From an uncultured beta proteobacterium (GTDB lineage: Bacteria > Pseudomonadota > Gammaproteobacteria > Burkholderiales > Burkholderiaceae_C), in NCBI GenBank assembly GCA_903909815.1, contig CAIVXG010000223.1, positions 3,488 through 35,487 on the forward strand: a stretch of 32,000 nucleotides of DNA, read 5' to 3'. A program made the translations under genes and the position numbers. Below are positions 22,492 to 32,000 of this stretch, piece by piece (positions within the stretch are counted from its first letter, which is position 1; every line of letters starts with the position of its first letter). Below the pieces are notes generated by a model, which was not told the DNA's origin, did not search any database, and worked only from the letters and a program-made list of their open reading frames with translations.

Positions 22492-25049
22492 GCGCGTATT
22501 CCTGTGGCTGTGCCAGTTTGTTCTGAGTTTGTGAATAGTATGGGCGCTGGTGCCAGTGGAATCCAGAAGGAAAAACGACAGCCCGCCGCGTCCGCGCCAT
22601 TGTAAATGTTCTCCGCCAGCATGCGCCCCTGGTGCGACTCCACGATGCTGCGGCACAGGTTTAGCCCAATCCCCATGCCTTCGGCCTTGGTGGAGAAGAA
22701 GGCCTCATACACGCGCTCCATGATCTCGGGCGCCAGGCCCATGCCCGAGTCGAGCACGGAAAATTCGACCACCTGTTGCTGCTCCAGCAGTTTCGGAACA
22801 ACGCGCAATTCGACGCTGCGCTGCGCGGTCGGGCGCTGCGCGGTGTCGATGGCTTCGGCGGCGTTTTTCAAGAGGTTCACCAGCACCTGCTCGATCAGTA
22901 TCGGGTCCACCAGCAATTGGGGCAGGCGCGCAGCGACGTAATGGCTCAAGCGCACGTTGCGTCGGCGCAGTTCGATCTCCGCCAGTTCCACGGCTTCGCC
23001 CACCATGGTGCTGATGTCAGAAAAACTGCGGTTGGGTTCACTTCTTTTCACAAAGGATTTGATGCGCGCGATGATCTGCCCGGCGCGCTGCGCCTGGCGC
23101 GCCGTTTTTTCCAGCGCGCCCAGGAGTTCTTCCTGGGAAATCTTGTTGGCGTGAATGCGCGATACCATGCCGTTGCAGTAGTTGGAAATCGCCGTCAACG
23201 GCTGGTTCAGTTCGTGTGCCACGCTTGATGCCATCTCACCCATGGTGATGAGTCGGCTGGCCGACTGCGCACGCTCGGCCTGGGCCGCGGACAGCGCCTC
23301 GGCCTGACGCCGTGGCGTGATGTCGGTGGCGATCACCATCTGTGCCAGGCGTCCATCCACCCAGGTCAGGTAGCGCGAGCGCACCTCCAGCCATTTGCCG
23401 ATCTTGGTAACATAGATTTCGGCGTTTTCGGTCTGGTCTTCGGTCAGCGAGTCCGTGGGCAAACCGGCCAGCGAGTCGACCGTGTCCATTGATTCGTCAC
23501 TGGAGGGTTGCGCGGGGACGCCCGCCTGGGCCACCAGTGCCATATGCCCCACGGTATCGGAATCAAACCAGAGTCGGTACATCTTGTTGGCAAACAGCAG
23601 TTCATGGCTGCCCAGCGGCGCCACCGAGACCGAAGCATCCAGCGCCTCCAGCACTGCGGTGAAACGCTCGTGTGACGCTGACAACTGGTCGCGGATGCGA
23701 TTGGGTTCGGTGATGTCGGTCATCGACGTGATCCAGCCGGTTTGTTCACCGTGCACGTCGACCAGGGGCGAGACGTACATCCGGGCGTCGAACAGTGTCC
23801 CGTCGCGCCTTTGCACGCGCAGTTGCACGCCACCAATGGCGGTGTTGCCGCTGAGTTCTTGGCGCAGGTGATAGGTCAGCGATTCGCGGTCAGCCTCGGG
23901 CCAGTAGGGGAAAGGCGCAGCGCATCCGATCAGTGACTCTGCGGGCCAGCCGGTCATCTGGCAAAACGCGGTATTCACGTAGGTGATGCGACCGCCCAGG
24001 TCCAGCACCCGCATGCCGGTGAGCATGGAATTTTCTATGGCGCGGCGAAAGTTCATTTCGCTCAACAGGTCCTGCTGCGCGCGGATACGTCGGCGCGTGT
24101 GGCGCCAGTTGGCGATCAGCATCCAGGCCGTCATCACGCTCAGGGCGCCAACCAGCCAGAACAGACCGCTGCCGATGACGCCAAGCGAGGTGCGGTAGCC
24201 CTGGGCGCGCAGCACCAGTCCGTTGCCCACGGGGGAAACCGGCACTTCATAGCTGTTGGCACGTGTGGCCCAGGGCAGCAGCGGCGTGCCCCCGGCACGC
24301 GGCGCCAGGGTGCTGCCCGCCAGCACGCGGCCGTGCGCATCGAGCAGCGCCACGGCGTACTTCGCCGCTGTCTCCGACAAAAGTCCAAAGCGCAGCAGAC
24401 CGTCAACCGAGTACTCGGCCAGAATGGCGCCGGCAAACCGGCCGCGATCGCTCAGCGGCGTATGCAGTTGCAGCGCCGATGGCATCGCCATGCTGGCCGT
24501 GGGCAAGGCGTAGACCGGCTGGCCCAGTTCCTTGGCCAGACTGAACGTGGACTCGGTCTCGCTGCCCATGGTGAGGGCTTCGCCGGCCGAGCGCAGTTGG
24601 GTGCTGGCCACGTTGGGGGCGGCGTAGCTGGCGACCACGCGGGCGCGTGCATTGATCCATGACACCGATTGCAACTCAGGATATTGACTCACCAGAGCCT
24701 CGGCCTGCGCCATGAACTCTTCCGCGTCCACCTCCCTGTTGGAGACGTCCCGTGCCACCCGCATCAACTGCTCCTGGCGTTCCAGCAGGCGCAGGCGGAT
24801 CTGCTGCTGTGAATACTCGACATCGCGTTGCAAGGTTTCCTGCTCGCGCTCCATTTCTTCCAGACGCAAGTAGCCAAAGGCGGCCACGATAGCCGCCAGA
24901 AACAACAGCACCGCGGCCAGCGGAGCCAGCATGGCAAAGCGGTCCTGTTGCTGCGGCGCCTGAGCGCGCCACCAGCTTTGCCAGGCGCTGCGCTTGGCGG
25001 GTTCCGGGCGGCGACGGCGTTCTAACGGTTGAGGTGGGTTGGTGTTCAC
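22488..25049 (-). CDS. Membrane PAS-domain sensor histidine kinase (853 aa; GTG start)
   Basis: Two TM segments flank a periplasmic region of about 240 aa. PAS modules (ITYVNTAFCQMTGW...). H-box SSVAHELNQPLTAISNY. HATPase N/G boxes (LLKNAAEA, DSGMGL, GMGIGL). The stop overlaps the regulator start as ATGA. Confidence 0.85.
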   Translation of the reverse strand: MNTNPPQPLERRRRPEPAKRSAWQSWWRAQAPQQQDRFAMLAPLAAVLLFLAAIVAAFGYLRLEEMEREQETLQRDVEYSQQQIRLRLLERQEQLMRVARDVSNREVDAEEFMAQAEALVSQYPELQSVSWINARARVVASYAAPNVASTQLRSAGEALTMGSETESTFSLAKELGQPVYALPTASMAMPSALQLHTPLSDRGRFAGAILAEYSVDGLLRFGLLSETAAKYAVALLDAHGRVLAGSTLAPRAGGTPLLPWATRANSYEVPVSPVGNGLVLRAQGYRTSLGVIGSGLFWLVGALSVMTAWMLIANWRHTRRRIRAQQDLLSEMNFRRAIENSMLTGMRVLDLGGRITYVNTAFCQMTGWPAESLIGCAAPFPYWPEADRESLTYHLRQELSGNTAIGGVQLRVQRRDGTLFDARMYVSPLVDVHGEQTGWITSMTDITEPNRIRDQLSASHERFTAVLEALDASVSVAPLGSHELLFANKMYRLWFDSDTVGHMALVAQAGVPAQPSSDESMDTVDSLAGLPTDSLTEDQTENAEIYVTKIGKWLEVRSRYLTWVDGRLAQMVIATDITPRRQAEALSAAQAERAQSASRLITMGEMASSVAHELNQPLTAISNYCNGMVSRIHANKISQEELLGALEKTARQAQRAGQIIARIKSFVKRSEPNRSFSDISTMVGEAVELAEIELRRRNVRLSHYVAARLPQLLVDPILIEQVLVNLLKNAAEAIDTAQRPTAQRSVELRVVPKLLEQQQVVEFSVLDSGMGLAPEIMERVYEAFFSTKAEGMGIGLNLCRSIVESHQGRMLAENIYNGADAAGCRFSFWIPLAPAPILFTNSEQTGTATGIRA

Positions 25050-25289
25050 GGCAGCTGCATTTTGCTACGCAATGGCGTCGCCACCTGTCTTTCTAAAAAA
25101 CCATAATATGAAATCAATACGCACCATTTGAAATGTTGTAAAAATGTGCGACACTACGCTACCTTGCGCACGTTGTGGGCGGGTATCACCAGTGTTTGTC
25201 GGGCATGGCCCTCAAACCCACTTTCATGTTTCGGCGGCGCGGCGCCACGGGGTATGAAAGTTCTTTCACGTCAAAACGAGGAGACAGGC

Positions 25290-27989
25290 ATGTCAGAGCT
25301 ACCCCAGAACAGCACAACGGCGCAGGACGCCGACAGCGTCGAAACACGCGAATGGATGGACGCCTTGTCCGCGGTGATTCAGAACGAGGGGCCGCAACGC
25401 GCGCACTTTCTGCTGGAGCAATTGATCGGCCACGCGCGCCAGAGCAGCATCGACCTGCCGTTCTCGGCCAACACCGCCTACGTCAACACCATCGCCACCG
25501 ACGATGAGGAACGCTGCCCCGGCAACATCGAAATGGAGGAGCGCCTGCGCGCCTACATGCGCTGGAACGCGATGGCCATGGTGGTCAAGGCGAATCGCCA
25601 TCACCCGGTGGACGGCGGCGACCTCGGTGGCCACATCGGCTCCTTCGCTTCGCTGGCCCATATGTTCGGTGCGGGCTTCAACCACTTCTGGCACGCCGAG
25701 AGCGAAGGCCATGGCGGCGACTGCCTGTACATCCAGGGCCACGTGGCGCCGGGCGTGTATGCGCGCGCCTACATGGAAGGGCGTTTAAGCGAAGAGCAGT
25801 TGCTCAACTTCCGCCAGGAAGTCGACGGTAAGGGACTGTCGAGCTACCCCCATCCCAAACTGATGCCCAACTTCTGGCAGTTCCCTACCGTCTCCATGGG
25901 CCTGGGCCCGCTGATGGCGATTTACCAGGCACGTTTCCTGAAGTATTTGCACGCGCGTGGCATTGCCAATACCGAGAACCGCAAGGTCTGGGTGTTCTGC
26001 GGCGACGGCGAGATGGACGAGGTGGAAAGCCTGGGCGCGATCGGTCTGGCCGCGCGCGAGAATCTGGACAACCTGGTATTCGTCGTGAACTGCAACCTGC
26101 AGCGCCTGGATGGCCCGGTGCGCGGCAACAGCAAGATCGTGCAGGAGCTCGAAGGCGAGTTCCGCGGCTCCGGCTGGAATGTGATCAAGCTGCTATGGGG
26201 CAGCAATTGGGATGCATTGCTGGCGCGCGACAAGGATGGCGCGCTGCGCAAGCTGATGATGGACACGCTGGACGGCGACTACCAGTCCTTCAAGGCCAAC
26301 GACGGCGCCTACGTGCGTGAGCACTTCTTCGGCAAGGACCCGCGCACCGCCGCGATGGTCGCCAACATGAGCGACGACGATATCTGGAACCTGCGTCGCG
26401 GTGGCCACGACCCGCAAAAGGTGTACGCGGCCTACCACAAGGCCGTGCACCACAAGGGCCAGCCGACGGTGCTGCTGATCAAGACCGTCAAGGGTTTTGG
26501 CATGGGCAAGTCGGGCGAGGGCAAGAACAACGTGCACCAGACCAAGAAGCTCACGGACGAGGACATCAAGATCTTCCGCGATCGCTTCAACATCCCGATT
26601 CCGGACAGCCAGTTGGCCGAGATTCCGTTCTACAAGCCAGCCGACGACACGCCCGAGATGCGCTACCTGCATGAGCGTCGTCAGGCCTTGGGCGGCTACC
26701 TGCCGCACCGCCGCACCAAGGCCGATGAGAGCTTCACCGTGCCTTCGCTGGATACCTTCAAATCGGTGATTGAGGCGACGGCGCCGGGCCGCGAAATTTC
26801 CACCACGCAGGCCTACGTGCGCTTTCTCACGCAGCTGCTGCGCGACCAGGCGCTGGGTCCGCGCGTCGTCCCCATTTTGGTGGATGAGGCGCGCACCTTC
26901 GGCATGGAGGGCTTGTTCCGCCAGATCGGCATCTACAACCCGGCGGGCCAGCAGTACACGCCGGTCGATAAAGACCAGGTGATGTACTACCGCGAGGACA
27001 AGGCCGGTCAGATCCTGCAAGAAGGCATCAACGAGGCCGGCGGCTTGGCCAGCTGGATCGCTGCGGCGACTTCCTACTCGACCAACAACCGCATCATGTT
27101 GCCGTTCTACGTGTACTACTCGATGTTCGGCTTCCAGCGCATCGGCGACCTGGCCTGGGCCGCGGGCGACATGCAGGCGCGCGGCTTTCTGTTGGGTGGC
27201 ACCTCGGGGCGTACCACGCTCAACGGCGAAGGGCTGCAGCACGAGGACGGCCACAGCCACATCCTGGCCGGAACCATCCCCAACTGCGTCTCCTACGACC
27301 CGACCTTTGCGCACGAAGTGGGCGTGATCCTGCACCACGGCTTGAAGCGCATGGTGGAGAAGCAGGACAACGTTTACTACTACATCACGCTGCTCAACGA
27401 AAACTATGCCATGCCCGGCCTGGAAGAGGGCACGCAAGAGCAGATCATCAAGGGCATGTATCTGTGCAAGGCCGGGCCCAAATTGACGCCGCGCGTGCAG
27501 CTGCTCGGCAGCGGCACCATCCTGCGCGAGTCCATCGCCGCTCAGGAGTTGCTGGAAAAGGATTGGGGCGTGGCGGCCAATGTCTGGAGCTGCCCCAGCT
27601 TCAATGAGCTCACGCGCGACGGCCAGGACGCGGAGCGCTACAACCTGCTGCATCCGCTGGAAACACCGCGCGTTTCCTTCGTCGCACAGCAACTGGAAAA
27701 GCACACTGGCCCGGTGGTGGCATCGACCGACTACATGAAGGCCTACGCCGAGCAGATCCGCTCCTTTATCCCCAAGGGCCGGACCTACAAGGTGCTGGGT
27801 ACGGACGGCTTTGGCCGCAGCGACTTCCGCTCCAAGCTGCGCGAGCACTTCGAGATCAACCGCCATTACATCGTGGTCGCGGCGCTGAAAGCCTTGAGCG
27901 AAGAAGGCACGTTGCCGGTGGCCAAGGTGGCCGAAGCGATTGCCAAATACGGCATCCAGGCAGACAAGATCAATCCGTTGTACGCCTAA
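25290..27989 (+). CDS. aceE: Pyruvate dehydrogenase E1 component (homodimeric type), 899 aa
   Basis: GAGGAGA lies upstream of ATG 25290. MSELPQ...VETREWMDALSAVIQNEG parallels the E. coli AceE N terminus. ThDP motif GDGEMDE...NCNLQRLDG. Confidence 0.95.
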   Translation: MSELPQNSTTAQDADSVETREWMDALSAVIQNEGPQRAHFLLEQLIGHARQSSIDLPFSANTAYVNTIATDDEERCPGNIEMEERLRAYMRWNAMAMVVKANRHHPVDGGDLGGHIGSFASLAHMFGAGFNHFWHAESEGHGGDCLYIQGHVAPGVYARAYMEGRLSEEQLLNFRQEVDGKGLSSYPHPKLMPNFWQFPTVSMGLGPLMAIYQARFLKYLHARGIANTENRKVWVFCGDGEMDEVESLGAIGLAARENLDNLVFVVNCNLQRLDGPVRGNSKIVQELEGEFRGSGWNVIKLLWGSNWDALLARDKDGALRKLMMDTLDGDYQSFKANDGAYVREHFFGKDPRTAAMVANMSDDDIWNLRRGGHDPQKVYAAYHKAVHHKGQPTVLLIKTVKGFGMGKSGEGKNNVHQTKKLTDEDIKIFRDRFNIPIPDSQLAEIPFYKPADDTPEMRYLHERRQALGGYLPHRRTKADESFTVPSLDTFKSVIEATAPGREISTTQAYVRFLTQLLRDQALGPRVVPILVDEARTFGMEGLFRQIGIYNPAGQQYTPVDKDQVMYYREDKAGQILQEGINEAGGLASWIAAATSYSTNNRIMLPFYVYYSMFGFQRIGDLAWAAGDMQARGFLLGGTSGRTTLNGEGLQHEDGHSHILAGTIPNCVSYDPTFAHEVGVILHHGLKRMVEKQDNVYYYITLLNENYAMPGLEEGTQEQIIKGMYLCKAGPKLTPRVQLLGSGTILRESIAAQELLEKDWGVAANVWSCPSFNELTRDGQDAERYNLLHPLETPRVSFVAQQLEKHTGPVVASTDYMKAYAEQIRSFIPKGRTYKVLGTDGFGRSDFRSKLREHFEINRHYIVVAALKALSEEGTLPVAKVAEAIAKYGIQADKINPLYA

Positions 27990-28029
27990 CTTTTACATTA
28001 ATGTCGGCGTCGACACAGGAGATAAAAAC

Positions 28030-29385
28030 ATGGCAGTCATAGAAATCAAGGTCCCGGACATCGGTGACTTCAAGGACGTCACCGTGATCGAGGTGCTGGT
28101 CAAGCCCGGCGACGCGGTCAAGGCCGAGCAGTCGCTCATCACGGTGGAGTCGGACAAGGCGTCGATGGAGATCCCCTCCAGCCATGCCGGCGTGCTCAAG
28201 GAGCTCAAGGTCAAGCTGGGCGACAAGCTCAACATCGGAGACCTACTGGCGTTGCTGGACGTGGCTGGCGGTGCCGCTGTGGCGGCAGCACCGACCGCTG
28301 CGCCAGCCGCTGCGCCAGCGGCACCGGCGCCCGTGGTCGCAGCTCAGACTGCACCCCCCGCTGCAGCCGCTTCACCTTCCGTCGCGCCAGTTGCGGCGGC
28401 TGCCGCAGCCGTTGCGACCCAGCCCGAGCACAACCCGACGGTCGTGACCGCGGGCCTGCCGCATGCCTCGCCCTCCGTGCGCAAATTTGCGCGCGAACTC
28501 GGCGTGCCGCTGAACGAGGTCAAAGGCACGGGCCTCAAGGGCCGTATCACCGACAAGGACATTCAAAGCTTCACGCAGTCCGTGATGTCGGGCGCCGTCA
28601 AGACCCAGGCCATCGCCGCGCAAGCGCCTGCATCGGGTGGATCGGGCGCCGCTCTGGGGCTGCTGCCCTGGCCGGTGGTGGACTTCACCAAGTTCGGTCC
28701 GGTGGAGCGCAAGGATCTGAGCCGCATCAAGAAGATCAGCGGCGCGAATCTGCTGCGCAACGCCATCATGATTCCGGCTGTCACGAATCACGACGATGCC
28801 GATATCACCGATCTGGAAGCCTTCCGTGTCTCCACGAACAAGGAAAACGAGAAGAGTGGCATCAAGGTCACCATGCTGGCGTTCCTGATCAAGGCCTGCG
28901 TCGCGGCGCTCAAGAAATTCCCCGAGTTCAACGCCTCGCTCGACGGTGAGCAGCTGGTGTACAAGCAGTACTACCACATCGGTTTTGCGGCGGACACGCC
29001 CAACGGTTTGATGGTGCCGGTGATTCGGGACGCCGACAAGAAAGGCATCTTCCAGATTTCGCAGGAAATGGGCGATTTGGCGAAGAAGGCGCGCGAAGGC
29101 AAATTGAGCCCGGCCGAGATGACCGGCGCCGGCTTTACGATTTCGTCGCTGGGCGGCATCGGCGGGCGCTACTTCACGCCCATCATCAATGCGCCCGAAG
29201 TGGCGATCCTGGGCGTTTGCAAGTCCAGCATGGAACCCGTCTGGGACGGCAAGGCGTTCGTGCCGCGCCTGATGCTGCCCCTGAGCCTGACGTGGGACCA
29301 CCGCGTCATCGACGGCGCGGGTGCGGCGCGCTTTAACGTGTATCTGGGGCAGATCCTGGGCGACTTCCGCCGCGTATTGCTCTGA
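28030..29385 (+). CDS. aceF: Dihydrolipoamide acetyltransferase E2 with a single lipoyl domain (451 aa)
   Basis: Lipoyl domain ...[14 protein letters not shown]..., Ala/Pro linker, subunit-binding domain (ASPSVRKFARELGV), and catalytic DHRVIDGA motif. Confidence 0.9.
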   Translation: MAVIEIKVPDIGDFKDVTVIEVLVKPGDAVKAEQSLITVESDKASMEIPSSHAGVLKELKVKLGDKLNIGDLLALLDVAGGAAVAAAPTAAPAAAPAAPAPVVAAQTAPPAAAASPSVAPVAAAAAAVATQPEHNPTVVTAGLPHASPSVRKFARELGVPLNEVKGTGLKGRITDKDIQSFTQSVMSGAVKTQAIAAQAPASGGSGAALGLLPWPVVDFTKFGPVERKDLSRIKKISGANLLRNAIMIPAVTNHDDADITDLEAFRVSTNKENEKSGIKVTMLAFLIKACVAALKKFPEFNASLDGEQLVYKQYYHIGFAADTPNGLMVPVIRDADKKGIFQISQEMGDLAKKAREGKLSPAEMTGAGFTISSLGGIGGRYFTPIINAPEVAILGVCKSSMEPVWDGKAFVPRLMLPLSLTWDHRVIDGAGAARFNVYLGQILGDFRRVLL

Positions 29386-29395
29386 CTTCCTCGTC

Positions 29396-29462
29396 CTTGC
29401 GAGGAGCGAAGCGACGCGGCAATCCATGAATCCTGGATTGCCGCGCTGCGCTCGCAATGACG
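29396..29462. repeat. REP/MITE-like imperfect palindrome (copy 2, inverted relative to copy 1)
   Basis: cttgcgaggagcgaagcgacgcggcaatcca - tgaatcc - tggattgccgcgctgcgctcgcaatgacg. Each arm matches the reverse complement of the opposite arm of the 424-508 copy with 1-2 mismatches. It lies in the aceF-lpdA spacer. Confidence 0.7.
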
Positions 29463-29494
29463 CAATGGGCTCCCAACCGATCTGAAAGAAAACC

Positions 29495-31351
29495 ATGGCC
29501 ACCATTGAAATCAAGGTCCCCGACATTGGTGACTTCGCCGAAGTCACTGTCATCGAGTTGCTGGTCAAACCCGGCGACAGCATCAAGGCCGAGCAAAGCC
29601 TGATCACCGTGGAGAGCGACAAGGCCTCCATGGAAATCCCATCGAGCCACGCCGGGGTGGTGAAGGAATTGAAGATCAAGCTCGGCGACAAGGTGAAAGA
29701 GGGGTCTCTGGTCTTGCTGCTTGACGGCAGCGCGACTGCCGACCCCTCGGTACAAGCTGGCTCAACCCCTCCCCAACCCTCGCCTTTGCAAGGGGATGGC
29801 TCGAAAGTCCAGGCGGCTGCCACCGCGGTGGCAGCGCCGGGGCCAACTGCGGCAACTTTCGTCGGCAGCGTCGACCTGGAGTGCGACCTGCTGGTTCTGG
29901 GCGCGGGCCCGGGGGGTTATTCCGCGGCCTTCCGTGCGGCGGACCTGGGTCTGAAGGTGGTGCTGGTGGAACGCTACGCAGCGCTCGGCGGCGTCTGTCT
30001 GAACGTTGGTTGCATCCCGTCCAAGGCGCTGCTGCACGTGGCTGCGGTGATGGACGAGGTGAGCCATATGGCCGCGCTCGGCGTGGATTTTGGCGCGCCC
30101 AAGGTGAACGTGGACACGCTGCGCGGCCACAAGGAAAAGGTCGTGAACAAGCTCACCGGTGGCCTGGCGGCGATGGCCAAGATGCGCAAGGTGACGGTGG
30201 TGCGCGGCTACGGCGCCTTCGTCGGCGCGAATCACGTGCAGGTGGAAGAGACCACGGGCACGGCGCAGCAGAAGACCGGCAAGACACAGACAATCGCGTT
30301 CAAGAACTGCATCATCGCGGCGGGCTCGCAGGCCGTGCGCCTGCCCTTCATGCCGCAAGATCCGCGCGTCGTGGACAGCACCGGCGCGTTGGCGTTGAAG
30401 GAAGTGCCCAAGCGCATGTTGATCCTGGGCGGCGGCATCATCGGCCTGGAAATGGGCACTGTGTATAGCACACTGGGCGCGCGCCTGGACGTGGTGGAAA
30501 TGCTGGACGGCCTCATGCAGGGCGCCGACCGCGACCTGGTGAAGGTCTGGCAGAAGATGAACGCACCGCGCTTTGACAACATCATGCTCAAGACCAAGAC
30601 CGTGGGCGCCAAGGCCACCGCGGCGGGCATCGAGGTCACATTTGCCGCGGCCGAAGAAGGCGGCACCGCACCTGCGCCGCAGACCTACGATCTGGTGCTG
30701 CAGGCCGTGGGCCGCACGCCCAATGGCAAGAAGATCGCTGCCGACAAGGCCGGCGTCACAGTCACCGATCGTGGCTTCATCCCGGTGGACATCCAGATGC
30801 GCACCAACGTGCCCCACATTTTCGCCATCGGCGACATCGTGGGCCAGCCCATGCTGGCACACAAGGCGGTGCATGAGGCGCATGTGGCGGCCGAAGTGAT
30901 CGCCGGCGAACTGCAAGGCAACGCCAAGCTGGCCAGCGCCGCCTTCAACGCGCGCGTGATTCCGAGCGTGGCCTACACCGACCCCGAGGTGGCATGGGTG
31001 GGTCTCACCGAAGACCAGGCCAAGGCGCAGGGCATCAAGGTCAAGAAGGGCCTGTTTCCCTGGAACGCGTCCGGGCGCGCCATTGCCAACGGCCGCGACG
31101 AGGGCTTCACAAAGCTGCTGTTTGACGACTCCGAAGATGCGCACGGCCACGGCAAGATCCTGGGCGGCGGCATGGTCGGCACGCACGCGGGCGACATGAT
31201 TGGCGAGATTGCGTTGGCGATCGAGATGGGCGCCGACGCCATTGACATCGGCAAGACCATCCACCCGCATCCCACGCTGGGCGAGAGCATAGGCATGGCG
31301 GCAGAAGTGGCGCACGGCAGTTGCACTGACTTGCCGCCGGCGCGCAGGTAA
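29495..31351 (+). CDS. lpdA: Dihydrolipoyl dehydrogenase E3 with an N-terminal lipoyl domain (618 aa)
   Basis: N-terminal lipoyl domain ([14 protein letters not shown]). FAD motif [13 protein letters not shown]. Redox-active [14 protein letters not shown]-terminal HPHPTLGE. Confidence 0.9.
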   Translation: MATIEIKVPDIGDFAEVTVIELLVKPGDSIKAEQSLITVESDKASMEIPSSHAGVVKELKIKLGDKVKEGSLVLLLDGSATADPSVQAGSTPPQPSPLQGDGSKVQAAATAVAAPGPTAATFVGSVDLECDLLVLGAGPGGYSAAFRAADLGLKVVLVERYAALGGVCLNVGCIPSKALLHVAAVMDEVSHMAALGVDFGAPKVNVDTLRGHKEKVVNKLTGGLAAMAKMRKVTVVRGYGAFVGANHVQVEETTGTAQQKTGKTQTIAFKNCIIAAGSQAVRLPFMPQDPRVVDSTGALALKEVPKRMLILGGGIIGLEMGTVYSTLGARLDVVEMLDGLMQGADRDLVKVWQKMNAPRFDNIMLKTKTVGAKATAAGIEVTFAAAEEGGTAPAPQTYDLVLQAVGRTPNGKKIAADKAGVTVTDRGFIPVDIQMRTNVPHIFAIGDIVGQPMLAHKAVHEAHVAAEVIAGELQGNAKLASAAFNARVIPSVAYTDPEVAWVGLTEDQAKAQGIKVKKGLFPWNASGRAIANGRDEGFTKLLFDDSEDAHGHGKILGGGMVGTHAGDMIGEIALAIEMGADAIDIGKTIHPHPTLGESIGMAAEVAHGSCTDLPPARR

Positions 31352-31373
31352 GTGAAGAGTCTGCGGTCGGCGC

Positions 31374-31999
31374 TCACTTTACGTACCCGTCGAGCGCCAC
31401 ATTGCTGAGCAAGCGCTGGTAAAAGCGGATCATCTCCGCGTAGTTGGCAACGGACACGCGCTCATTGCTGCCATGAAAGCGTGGCAGGTCGTCGGGCGCG
31501 GCGCGCACCGGTGAGAAGCGGTAAATGTTGTCTGCGATGTCGCTCATAAAGCGGGAGTCGGTAGCACCCACCATCAAGCCGGGCGCCACGATGGTGCCCG
31601 CAAATACTTCCCGGATGCTGCGATGGATGGCGCGGTAAGCTGCAGAGTCGGTGCTGGAAACGGGCGACGCTTCCCAGCCCTTGGTGTCGATGTTGATGGC
31701 GCTGTCGTCGATGGCCTGACGCGCGTGCCGGGTCACGGCTTGTTGCGTGTCTCCGGGCAGGAGGCGGAAGTTGACCTTCGCGTCGGCGTGGTTGGGCAAT
31801 ACCTGCTCTTTGTTCCCGGCATGGGTAAGCGTGAGTGCGGTGGTAGTGCGCAGCATCGCATTGGCGCTGGGCAGGTGTTCCAGTTGCCAACGCACTGCGG
31901 GTTCAAACAGCCACAGGTTGGACAACAGCACCCGGTTGATGCCCGTGAACTCCGGGGCAACGCAGGCGAACATCTCGGCCGCCGCATCGCGGATGGCCG
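31374..31999 (-). CDS. M20/M25/M40-family metallopeptidase, C-terminal part (5' end outside window)
   Basis: The frame stays open to the window edge. GATDSRF...IYRFSP...RFHGSNERVSVANY...FYQRLL is the typical M20 C-terminal catalytic-lobe pattern. Confidence 0.7.
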   Translation of the reverse strand, partial: AIRDAAAEMFACVAPEFTGINRVLLSNLWLFEPAVRWQLEHLPSANAMLRTTTALTLTHAGNKEQVLPNHADAKVNFRLLPGDTQQAVTRHARQAIDDSAINIDTKGWEASPVSSTDSAAYRAIHRSIREVFAGTIVAPGLMVGATDSRFMSDIADNIYRFSPVRAAPDDLPRFHGSNERVSVANYAEMIRFYQRLLSNVALDGYVK

Positions 32000-32000
32000 C

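Noticed and set aside
28260-28440. Tandem-looking direct repeats (cgctgcgccagc x2 and gc-rich 3-mer periodicity) in aceF
   Set aside because: This is the Ala/Pro-rich inter-domain linker of E2. It is a coding low-complexity region, not a repeat element or CRISPR-like array.

Overview
High-GC chromosome segment (about 65-68% GC on the few lines I counted by eye). It looks betaproteobacterial, Burkholderiales/Comamonadaceae-like. That placement is an inference from gene content, for example an E3 dihydrolipoyl dehydrogenase with an N-terminal lipoyl domain.

Left to right: the 3' end of scoB; a REP-like palindrome; a minus-strand, translationally coupled 4-gene cassette (coiled-coil protein, two-tier Clp/Hsp100-like AAA+ ATPase, NrdG-type radical-SAM activase with no glycyl-radical partner, and a Zn-ribbon Hanks kinase with a C-terminal TM hairpin); a divergent SRAP/YedK-like gene; and an intermediate-GC chemoreceptor gene.

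Next comes a 6.26-kb AT-rich island (about 40% GC by eye) integrated at the anticodon loop of tRNA-Lys(CUU). It is bounded by a 40-bp perfect direct repeat. It carries a tyrosine integrase, a second FimB/E-sized recombinase, a truncated H-NS-like protein, a lipoprotein and several unrecognisable ORFs.

The rest is core housekeeping: hxlR-like regulator, pyrD, rpiA, a glutaredoxin-like secreted protein, prlC, folD, a PAS-sensor kinase/FixJ-type regulator pair, aceE-aceF-lpdA (with a second REP copy in the aceF-lpdA spacer), and the 3' part of an M20 peptidase.

I found no CRISPR array, rRNA or transposase. The best candidate for an undescribed system is the 549-6558 cassette. The second is the unknown cargo of the tRNA-Lys island. 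All functional calls rest on motif recognition by eye; no searches were run.
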